DNA of 64,000 bases from Bacillota bacterium (GTDB lineage: Bacteria > Bacillota > Ch66 > Ch109): the NCBI GenBank assembly GCA_050952625.1, contig JBMNLH010000001.1, positions 1 through 64,000 on the forward strand. Direction: 5' to 3'. A program made the position numbers and the translations under genes. Shown piece by piece: positions 50,244-58,685 of the stretch. Within the stretch, counting starts at the first letter, position 1, and every line of letters begins with the position of its first letter. The notes under the pieces are model-generated. The model had not been told where the DNA came from and did not search any database. It saw only the letters and a list, made by a program, of their open reading frames with translations.

Positions 50244-52931
50244 TTGACCTTGAGTTTTATTGACCGTTTGCAATTCAACCAGATCCAAGCCGAAGGCAAT
50301 AAACCAATACTGTTAACGGACCAGAAAGTATGGCTTGTTAAAGCCGGCAAGGTAGACCTATTTATTGCCCGAGTAATGAACGACGGGATAACCGGCCGCA
50401 GAGAATACCTGTTTTCGGTTGGACCGGGTGATCTGTTTCTAGGATTATCCCCCCATATTGTGCCGGAAGGAGAATTTGGTCTACTGGCGGTAGGGCATAC
50501 CGGCACTATGTTGCTAGAATGTGATGTGCAGCAATTAGCCGTGATCAAAGATGAGCCGGACAGGCAGGAAATAACCGACCGGCTCAGGCACTGGACCGAA
50601 AAGTGGGAAATAGCCGGGATCAAGGCAGATTATCAATTTGACTGGGCAGCAACCTTGCCATTTGAACAAGTGGCCGTTTTTAATCAATCTGCTTTTACTC
50701 AAGCCCTGGCAATGTTGCTTGCTAAGTATCAGCAAGAAGAATTTAGGTATAAGCTTAAGGATGAAAAAGATCAATCTCATATGAATACTGGGCTGCGCCG
50801 GCTGATGAACACCTTGAATCTTAAAGATCGGGACAGCCTGGGGACTGAAGAGCTGGCGATCAATAACCTGCTCTTTAAAGCGTGTCTGGCGGTGGGTAGA
50901 GCCAAAAAGATTAAGATAGTACCATCCTACGGCCTGAAAAAAAATAGAGCGGATTCAAAAGACCTATTAGGGGATATTGCCCAAGCATCACAAATTAGGA
51001 TCCGGCAAATTATTTTAAAAGATAACTGGTGGAAAGAAGACAATGGAGCCCTGCTGGCCTATAAGGAAGCAGATGGCCAACCAGTAGCCTTGCTGCCTGT
51101 TTCACCAACCAAATATCGTTTATACGACCCGGCTGATGACAGTCAGGTGCTGGTAGATAGCCGAGTGGCGGAGACGATCAAGGCTCAGGCTTATACTTTT
51201 TATCGTCCGTTACCCGCCAAGGCTATTACAATAAAAGACTTGCTCCGGTTTTTAGCGGAGGGCATTTGGAAAGCAGACGCGATGACTGTAGTAGCGATGG
51301 GTATCCTGGGTGGCTTGTTGGGGATGCTTACACCAGTGGTAACCGGGATAATCTTCGACCGGGTAATCCCAGATGGTGAAAGACTGCTATTGACCCAAAT
51401 CGGGTTTTTACTGATGGCAATTGCCCTGACTACCTTTGCCTTTAATCTAACCCGGGGTTTTGCGATGCACCGGATCGAAGGGAAAGCGGAAGCGGACCTG
51501 CAAGCCGCTGTATGGGACCGGTTAATTAGTTTGCCTGTGCCCTTTTTTAAGGACTATACTGCCGGCGAATTAGCCGGTCGGGCAATGGGCATCAGCCAGA
51601 TTAGAAGCATTTTATCCGGTGCAGTGGCCAATACCATGATTTCCGGTATCTTTTCGATATTCTATTTTATTCTGTTGTTTTATTACAGTTGGAAACTAGC
51701 ACTTATTTGTACCCTGATTGTGCTTGTTGTCGTGGCGATATCGCTCCTGTTTGGCTACTTGCAAATCCGCTATGAACGACAATTAGTCGATTTAAACAAC
51801 ATGCTGGCGGGGAAAGTTTTTGGCCTGTTAAGCGGGGTTAGCAAAATAAAAACCTCGGGTGCCGAAAAAAGAGCTTTTAATATTTGGGCGCAGGATTTTG
51901 GTCAAGTCAGAGATATTACCTATCGCAAAGAGAACCTAGGCAATAAAATGGCAGTTTTTAATTCGACGGTCAAGATTATTGCCACGGGGATTATCTTTTT
52001 TGCCATGATGAAAATGCAAGGGATAAACTTGGGTGCTGGCAAATTTATTGCTTTTAACTCAGCATTCGGCAGCTTTTTAGGGGCAATGTTAGAGATATCC
52101 GGCGTTGTCCTGCAGCTCAATGTCATTAAACCGCTATACGAAAGGACCAGGCCGATTTTAGAAGCCTTGCCGGAGTACGATCAGCAAAAAGTTGATCCTG
52201 GTGAAATTGAAGGCAATATCGAAGTTAGTCATGTTAATTTCCGTTATCAGCCCGACGGTCCCTTGATCCTGAATGACGTGGTGCTAGAGATAAAAAAAGG
52301 TGACTATGTGGGTATTGTTGGTCCGTCCGGGAGTGGCAAATCTACCCTGTTTAGATTACTGCTCGGCTTTGAAAAACCAGAATCAGGGCAAATCTATTAT
52401 GATCAGCAGGATTTAGAGAATGTGGATATTCGGGCTATTCGTCGCCAGTTAGGCGTGGTTTTGCAAAACGGACAATTAATGGCCGGCAGCATCTTTGATA
52501 ACATCGTGGCGGCCAACCCCGGCTTAACGCTTAGTGATGCCTGGGAAGCGGCCCGGATGGCCGGAATGGAAGAGGACATTAAAAACATGCCCATGGGCAT
52601 GCACACCATGATCAGTGAAGCTGGCAGCACCCTATCAGGCGGCCAAAAGCAAAGGCTGCTCATTGCCCGAGCCATCATATCTCGACCGAAAATCCTTTAT
52701 TTTGATGAAGCAACTAGTGCCTTGGATAATAAAACCCAAAAGGTAGTCAGCGAGAGCCTGGCTAAATTAGGCGCGACGCGGGTCGTAATTGCTCACCGGT
52801 TAAGCACAATTGTCAATTGCAACAAGATAATTGTGATGGAGCGGGGACGAATAGTAGAGCAGGGGGGCTACCAAGAACTGTATGAAAAGGGCGGCCTTTT
52901 TACGCAGCTAGTTAACCGACAGTTGGCTTAG
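50244..52931 (+). CDS. NHLM ABC exporter, second ATPase/permease subunit
   Basis: WWKEDNG, FYRPLP, GPSGSGKS, LSGGQKQR. Confidence 0.9.
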   Translation: MTLSFIDRLQFNQIQAEGNKPILLTDQKVWLVKAGKVDLFIARVMNDGITGRREYLFSVGPGDLFLGLSPHIVPEGEFGLLAVGHTGTMLLECDVQQLAVIKDEPDRQEITDRLRHWTEKWEIAGIKADYQFDWAATLPFEQVAVFNQSAFTQALAMLLAKYQQEEFRYKLKDEKDQSHMNTGLRRLMNTLNLKDRDSLGTEELAINNLLFKACLAVGRAKKIKIVPSYGLKKNRADSKDLLGDIAQASQIRIRQIILKDNWWKEDNGALLAYKEADGQPVALLPVSPTKYRLYDPADDSQVLVDSRVAETIKAQAYTFYRPLPAKAITIKDLLRFLAEGIWKADAMTVVAMGILGGLLGMLTPVVTGIIFDRVIPDGERLLLTQIGFLLMAIALTTFAFNLTRGFAMHRIEGKAEADLQAAVWDRLISLPVPFFKDYTAGELAGRAMGISQIRSILSGAVANTMISGIFSIFYFILLFYYSWKLALICTLIVLVVVAISLLFGYLQIRYERQLVDLNNMLAGKVFGLLSGVSKIKTSGAEKRAFNIWAQDFGQVRDITYRKENLGNKMAVFNSTVKIIATGIIFFAMMKMQGINLGAGKFIAFNSAFGSFLGAMLEISGVVLQLNVIKPLYERTRPILEALPEYDQQKVDPGEIEGNIEVSHVNFRYQPDGPLILNDVVLEIKKGDYVGIVGPSGSGKSTLFRLLLGFEKPESGQIYYDQQDLENVDIRAIRRQLGVVLQNGQLMAGSIFDNIVAANPGLTLSDAWEAARMAGMEEDIKNMPMGMHTMISEAGSTLSGGQKQRLLIARAIISRPKILYFDEATSALDNKTQKVVSESLAKLGATRVVIAHRLSTIVNCNKIIVMERGRIVEQGGYQELYEKGGLFTQLVNRQLA

Positions 52932-52978
52932 CCCTAAAGACTGTTGGGCGACTTCTTAAGGATTGGGGTGGAATCTGA

Positions 52979-53521
52979 GTGATCGACAGTATTCTAGTGC
53001 CGATGCAGACCGGGCAAACAGATGTTATGTCCGCGGTTTATATCGAATACTATAAAAAGTTATACAAATATATTCTTTATCGCGTCGGCGATCATAACGT
53101 AGCCGAAGATCTGGTTAGTGAAGTATTTGAAAAAATGTTGACTAATTATTCCACCTATGATGATCAAAAGTCCAAATTCAGTACTTGGCTGTTCGCAATT
53201 GCTCATAATACAGTTATTAACTATTACAAAAAAAGCCAACGCAGGTATACTTTGGGATTAATTAACTGTGAAAAAATAGAGTCAAAATACCAATTGGAGG
53301 ACCTGATTATTGATAAAGAATTAAAAGAGACCCTCCTGCGGGCAATCATGGCTCTAGATGAGCGGCAGCAAAATATAATAGCTTTTAAATTTGGGGCTCG
53401 TCTGACCAATCGGGAAATTGCTAAGATCCTGAATTTAACGGAAAGCAATGTTGGAACTATTATATATCGGTCATTAAAACGTTTAAAAGATATCCTGAAG
53501 GAACAAGGGGTCATCTATTAG
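52979..53521 (+). CDS. ECF sigma-70 factor
   Basis: AEDLVSEVF, FSTWLFAIAHN, EIAKIL.LTESNVG..IYR. Confidence 0.92.
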   Translation: MIDSILVPMQTGQTDVMSAVYIEYYKKLYKYILYRVGDHNVAEDLVSEVFEKMLTNYSTYDDQKSKFSTWLFAIAHNTVINYYKKSQRRYTLGLINCEKIESKYQLEDLIIDKELKETLLRAIMALDERQQNIIAFKFGARLTNREIAKILNLTESNVGTIIYRSLKRLKDILKEQGVIY

Positions 53522-53548
53522 TCTAACTGGATAAAGAGGTGGTTAAAG

Positions 53549-53845
53549 ATGCTGGAAAACAATGGCTTAGAGGCATTTATTTCAGACCTTGACAAAATCA
53601 TATTCGGGGAGCCGATCGACCCCTCGGAATACGAGCAGTATGATACGGAACACAAAGAATTGCTATACCTGGCCCAGTTGCTGGCGCAGGCAGATTATAC
53701 CCCGGAAACCAGGGGCGCGAGGGAAAGGTTATGGTCAAAGATGCACAAAAACGGGGAACTGGAAGACGATGACCTTGATCTGGTGGCCGGCGGGGTTAAT
53801 TTGCATGAACTGTTTGAAAAAATAATTAAAAGGAAAGATATTTAG
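53549..53845 (+). CDS. putative anti-sigma factor ending in a double-glycine leader motif
   Basis: Directly after ECF sigma; helical N-terminus FISDLDKII...ELLYLAQLL; ELEDDDLDLVAGG then 16 aa. Confidence 0.6.
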   Translation: MLENNGLEAFISDLDKIIFGEPIDPSEYEQYDTEHKELLYLAQLLAQADYTPETRGARERLWSKMHKNGELEDDDLDLVAGGVNLHELFEKIIKRKDI

Positions 53846-53967
53846 TTGGGTGTTTTTGCGGCAATGGATTGTTTTATCAGCTGACGGGGTCGATTTGTTA
53901 TCGATAAGAAAAATCTCTGGAAACGCGAGATTAATGTGATACTTGATGGCTTCGGTTGTATTAGTAG

Positions 53968-55041
53968 TTGAAAAAAAATGAGGTATATGCCATGCCCAGT
54001 GCACAGTTATTATTTTTAAAAGACAATCAGTTTAATTATAGTGAAATCTTGGCCTGGGATGATATCCCTCTGCCAGATGAACCGTTTGTCGATGCTTGGC
54101 AAGAGTATATCCAGGATATTGCCCGCCAAGGTGCCTTGGATGCTTTGAGCAAAAGACTGGTTCAACTTCAGTTCCCCATTCAAGCGGGTATGAGCACTAA
54201 TCCCAATTACCTGCTAGCCACGAGAAGAGGTTTACCTACCACTACCATGCCGGAAGCGACCGGCACCCAGTTTGAGGATCCATCCAATTTAAAAGTATAC
54301 CTTCATCAGACTTTAGCCGGGCGAATTCCGGTAATTGAAACGAGCAATAGATCTGATTTTGAAACCCTGGTGCGGGTGTTTTCCCGCCGTAACGAACCGG
54401 TGCCTATCCCAGCCTCAATGGGTGCTTGTATGATTAAGGGCTATAACAATTGGGACCGGGTAGCTAAATACAAACAGCAGCAGGCAGAAAATTTTGATTT
54501 TAATCAAATGAAAGGACAAAAACATCTCTATCAGGACGTATTCTTAATTTTGACGGACAATGGCTATAGCGGGGTGCCGGCAGAAATGTTAGGGTTAGCT
54601 GAGGATGAGTGGCGCAGGCTATCAATGATAATTCGCCGGGAGCACGAAGCAACCCATTATTTTACCCTGCGTTGCCTAGGCTCCGCCAGGAACCATTTAT
54701 TAGATGAATTTATCGCTGATTACATGGGCATTGTTGCTGCCGCCGGCCGATATCGAGCTGATTGGTTTCTCTGCTTTATGGGTCTGGAAAAGTACCCGGC
54801 TTTTCGGTCTGGGGGCCGGCTGACAAATTATCTAAATAACGTCGAGCTATCTGAGCCAGCCTTTGAATTATTAAAAACATATGTGAAGCAGGCGGCGGAG
54901 AATTTAGAAAGAATTGGCCAGAAGTATGATGATCAGGTTTACACGGCGCGAGGAAAATATGAAATGCTCCTACGCTTAACCAAAACAAATTTAATGGAGT
55001 TAGCCGCTGCAGACGCCGAGGAAAGAATTTTTGGTTACTAG
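53968..55041 (+). CDS. HExxH-motif protein of RiPP clusters (DUF7005-like)
   Basis: EPVPIPASMGA, GYNNW, RREHEATHYFT, DEFIADY. Confidence 0.6.
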   Translation: MKKNEVYAMPSAQLLFLKDNQFNYSEILAWDDIPLPDEPFVDAWQEYIQDIARQGALDALSKRLVQLQFPIQAGMSTNPNYLLATRRGLPTTTMPEATGTQFEDPSNLKVYLHQTLAGRIPVIETSNRSDFETLVRVFSRRNEPVPIPASMGACMIKGYNNWDRVAKYKQQQAENFDFNQMKGQKHLYQDVFLILTDNGYSGVPAEMLGLAEDEWRRLSMIIRREHEATHYFTLRCLGSARNHLLDEFIADYMGIVAAAGRYRADWFLCFMGLEKYPAFRSGGRLTNYLNNVELSEPAFELLKTYVKQAAENLERIGQKYDDQVYTARGKYEMLLRLTKTNLMELAAADAEERIFGY

Positions 55042-55272
55042 GGATCAAGTGGGATAAATTCTAGCAAGCGGTTTGCTGGCTAAACATTTGGAAAGGAGGG
55101 GGTAACGCTTCCCAAGTGAAGATTAGACAAAAGTGCAGATAGAATGCGGGACAGATATCGATGCGTGCATTGGTATCTGTCTTGACCAAAAATGATGGGT
55201 GATCCCTTGATTAAGCAGCCCTTAGCTTCTGTCTATTATCGGGAAAAATAATGCTTAATGAGGTAAATTAAC

Positions 55273-56301
55273 ATGGAAGGCAATGTAAAACGGTATCTTG
55301 ACAGCATTGGCCCAAGTTTGCCGGCAGAGATTATTTCTCTGGAAACCAAACGAAAAATTGATAAAATGGCTGTTCTGTTCAGTGATTTTGCCGCCAGCGA
55401 ATATATCATGGAAACCAACCTTAATTCGGCGGTTGCCGAGGCAGATTTTTCGTTTCGGATTCTTACGTCAGAAAAGGACTGTTTAATGAAGGGATTTAAT
55501 AGTTTTAGTATCTCTGGCCTGGCGACTGACGCAACCTGGATGAAGGTGATTGACTTTGTGCACTTCTGGCCACCGGATATCCCGGATATTTGGCTGGAAA
55601 TGGATTACGGAGAGTTTGCCAAGGACGTACCGCAGCCCTGTTTTTTCTTTAACGCTACCCAAATCAAAGAAGGTACCGAAATAAATAACGACCTGTTGCA
55701 TAGTTCATTAAGCCGGTTGCTGGATTCTAGCCAGTTAGCGACAATATGGCCAAACTTGACCGAGATTATTCATCAACTACCGCCAGAAGTTGGTCTATTC
55801 CAAATAGGCACCATGCTCGCCCGCCATCAAGACCGGGTTAGGGTTTTTACCGCTGAACTAACTCAGGAGCAGACGTTAGCCTACCTGGCCAGGATTAATT
55901 GGCCGGGTGATTTTCCAAAACTGGAGCAGTTGTTTAATCTGGTGCATCCCCATAGTGATGGTCAGTATATCGTGGATTTTGATGTAACGAGGCAGGGGAT
56001 ATCGGAAAAAATCGGGATAAATTTTGGCCTGGCCAAAAAACAAGAATTGCCCGCCTTTTTAGCGAATTTAACTCGGCACGGATTATGCAATGAGGTTAAA
56101 CAACAGGGCGTTTTAGCCTGGTCAGGCAGCAAAGGGTGTTTTTTAGGGCCAGCGTATGGTTTCTCGGCTCTGGTAAAAGATATATCTCACTTTAAAATGA
56201 GTCTTATCCCTGAGGAAAGTGTGATGATGAAGGCTTATCTCCGGATAATGGGTATCTACTTAAAAGAATTATTCACAACCAGGACTGCTGGCAAATTGTA
56301 A
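55273..56301 (+). CDS. hypothetical tailoring protein, possibly aromatic (ABBA) prenyltransferase fold
   Basis: WLEMD, FQIGTMLAR, SHFK...KAYL motifs; fold inferred only. Confidence 0.4.
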   Translation: MEGNVKRYLDSIGPSLPAEIISLETKRKIDKMAVLFSDFAASEYIMETNLNSAVAEADFSFRILTSEKDCLMKGFNSFSISGLATDATWMKVIDFVHFWPPDIPDIWLEMDYGEFAKDVPQPCFFFNATQIKEGTEINNDLLHSSLSRLLDSSQLATIWPNLTEIIHQLPPEVGLFQIGTMLARHQDRVRVFTAELTQEQTLAYLARINWPGDFPKLEQLFNLVHPHSDGQYIVDFDVTRQGISEKIGINFGLAKKQELPAFLANLTRHGLCNEVKQQGVLAWSGSKGCFLGPAYGFSALVKDISHFKMSLIPEESVMMKAYLRIMGIYLKELFTTRTAGKL

Positions 56302-56331
56302 TGCTAAGCCAGGGAGGCTAAGATAGCTAAG

Positions 56332-56592
56332 ATGAACCAACCGGCTTATAAAGAAATGCAACAGATTATAAAGCAGGTAGCTCGAGAGGCGATGCTAGAT
56401 AAAAGCTACCGCGAGCTATGTTTAACTGACAGTCGGACCGCCCTCCAAATCATTATCGATAAAACCAATAGCACGATAGAAGTGCCGGACAATATCTTTT
56501 TTCAGGAAGAAGATGGGGAAAGCCTTGACAGTAATGGCATAGTTTACATTTTACCTCCATTTCTTAAACCATCGTGGCTTTTGAATTCATAG
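56332..56592 (+). CDS. NHLP-leader-like small protein lacking GG and core
   Basis: AMLDKSYRELCLTD...YILPP resembles the nitrile-hydratase-like leader. Confidence 0.55.
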   Translation: MNQPAYKEMQQIIKQVAREAMLDKSYRELCLTDSRTALQIIIDKTNSTIEVPDNIFFQEEDGESLDSNGIVYILPPFLKPSWLLNS

Positions 56593-56799
56593 ATCCAAGA
56601 GTTAGGCAAAGATGGTTCTTAAAAGCAAGGTCCTGGTCCCTTGCTTATAAGAAATAAATCCGGATGCGCTGGTAAACATGTAAAAAGGAGGCGGTATAAC
56701 TTACCGGTAAAGAGTTTAACTCATCGCGAACAAGGTGGTTAGATCTAGGTGCCAATTAAAACTGTTTTAAAATAATTTATTAAATTAAAAGGAGGATGT

Positions 56800-57135
56800 A
56801 TGCTAATGGAGCAAAAATTAATTCAATTACAAGCTAAGTTAGAGGCCGATACCGGTTTATTAGAAAAGTTATTTTCTTTGGAAAGCCCCGTAGAGGTGCA
56901 AAATTTCTTAAAAGATCAAGGTCTGGACTTCACCCTGGAGGAAATCAATGTTGTCAGAGAGGCACTGGTTAAGGTTTTGGAAAAAGGTGGCGGTGAGCTT
57001 TCCGATGAGGATCTAGAGAATGTTGCCGGTGGATCTATAACCGTAGCGGCTGTTGTAGGGATTGTTGGAGCAATTGGTGGGCTTGTTGGTGCCCTAGGAG
57101 GAGTCGTGGACCTAGCAGTTCGATCAAGATGGTAG
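56800..57135 (+). CDS. Nif11-type leader RiPP precursor; core SITVAAVVGIVGAIGGLVGALGGVVDLAVRSRW
   Basis: GLDFTLEEI...GELSDEDLENVAGG; AGGAGG RBS. Confidence 0.88.
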   Translation: MLMEQKLIQLQAKLEADTGLLEKLFSLESPVEVQNFLKDQGLDFTLEEINVVREALVKVLEKGGGELSDEDLENVAGGSITVAAVVGIVGAIGGLVGALGGVVDLAVRSRW

Positions 57136-57358
57136 AGTTTATGTAATGATCGGTGGAGAAGAGATAGGAGCCCAATAAGCAACTATTTAGAAGCCATGAA
57201 TCAGATGAGTGTATTGAGGTTCATGGCTTTCCTCCAACCTTGTGTTGTTCAAATTAACTTATGCTTGGATGATCCGATTATTTACCCAAAAATAAGTTGA
57301 AACTTAACAATTGTAACGGTAGCAAAAACAATATATTAAAACTAATCAAAGAGGATGT

Positions 57359-57664
57359 TTGACCATAGAAGAAAAATTAACGCAATTAAAAACTAAGCTA
57401 GAGGCGGGATAAGAGCCTGGCAGAAAAGTTATTTGCTCTGGAAACCCCCGAAGAGGTACAAAGTTTCTTAAAAGGTGAAGGTCTGGAATTCAGCCTGGAA
57501 GAAATCAATACTGTAAGAGAGGCACTGGTTAAGTTTTGGAAAAAGGTGGCGGTGAGCTTTCCGAGGCGGATCTAGAAAATGTTGCTGGTGGATCACAACT
57601 ACTGATAAACCCGGATTTGTTAGAGATAAAGATAAATATACCAATACTCCCAACAAGATGGTAG
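57359..57664 (+). pseudogene. second Nif11-type precursor with two 1-bp indels; core SQLLINPDLLEIKINIPILPTRW
   Basis: DNA paralog of 56800; extra G at ~57407, missing G at ~57533; ELSEADLENVAGG. Confidence 0.75.
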
Positions 57665-57790
57665 AGTTTGAAAATTAATCAAAGGGATGCTTGACTACGG
57701 AAGAAAGAATAACTCAATTAAAAACCAAGTTCGATGCTAACTTATGCTTAACGGATTAGTAATTCTGATTTTAAATTAGGGGGTTATATT

Positions 57791-58144
57791 ATGGAAGAAA
57801 AAATTTTGTCGACTTTGGAGCTAAACGAAGTGATTGCCCAAAAAGCCAGGGAAAATGAGGAATTTCGCTTGGCTCTCTTAAATGATCCCAAGGCAGCCAT
57901 CGCAAAGGAATTTGGAGTTTTGTTGCCAGATAACACCAAAGTAGAGGTTCACGTGGAAAGCCCGAGAGTATTGCACTTAATAATCCCAGCCGGTAATGCC
58001 GATGAGTTGACTGATGACCAGTTGGAAGACGTTGCGGGCGGGGCACTTACAGATCTGCTGAAACTTATAGATCCTGGGAAAATGGTGATAGTGGCCTATG
58101 GAGTACCGTACCCTGGAGGCTCAGGCTGGAAATGGCCTTTTTAA
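57791..58144 (+). CDS. NHLP-leader RiPP precursor; core ALTDLLKLIDPGKMVIVAYGVPYPGGSGWKWPF
   Basis: KARENEEFRLALLNDPKAAI...HLIIP...ELTDDQLEDVAGG. Confidence 0.9.
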   Translation: MEEKILSTLELNEVIAQKARENEEFRLALLNDPKAAIAKEFGVLLPDNTKVEVHVESPRVLHLIIPAGNADELTDDQLEDVAGGALTDLLKLIDPGKMVIVAYGVPYPGGSGWKWPF

Positions 58145-58288
58145 ATTATAAATAAGCCGACTGGGTTATATTTAGAAGCCATGAATCGGGTGAGGTAGTT
58201 CATGACTTTACTCTAATTATGCGTGTTGTTGATGTTAACTTATGCTTAATGGATTAATAATTCTAATTTTAAATTAGGCGGTTATATC

Positions 58289-58666
58289 ATGGAAGAGAAA
58301 ATTTTGTCGACTTTGGAGCTTAACGAACTGATTGTCAAAAAAGCCAGGGAAAATGAGGAATTTCGCTTGGCTCTCTTACATGATCCCAAGTTAGCTATCG
58401 CAAAGGAATTTGGAGTGGTGTTTCCAGATAACACCAAGGTAGAGGTTCACGTGGAAAGCCCGAGAGTATTGCACTTAATAATCCCAGCTGGTAATGCCGA
58501 TGAGTTGACTGATGACCAGTTGGAAGACGTTGCGGGCGGAGCACTTCAAGATCTGGCGAATCTAGATCTGATGAAAAAATATGATGATTTTGGGAGACAA
58601 CAGATGATAATTACCAATTTAGTATCGCACCCTGGAGGCTCAGGGTGGAAATGGCCTTTTAGATAA
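58289..58666 (+). CDS. NHLP-leader RiPP precursor; core ALQDLANLDLMKKYDDFGRQQMIITNLVSHPGGSGWKWPFR
   Basis: Leader nearly identical to 57791; VAGG cleavage motif. Confidence 0.9.
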   Translation: MEEKILSTLELNELIVKKARENEEFRLALLHDPKLAIAKEFGVVFPDNTKVEVHVESPRVLHLIIPAGNADELTDDQLEDVAGGALQDLANLDLMKKYDDFGRQQMIITNLVSHPGGSGWKWPFR

Positions 58667-58685
58667 GCGAGTTGGGTTTTAACTC

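Noticed and set aside
57468-57656. 62 aa minus-strand ORF
   Set aside because: Antisense shadow of the frameshifted Nif11 precursor
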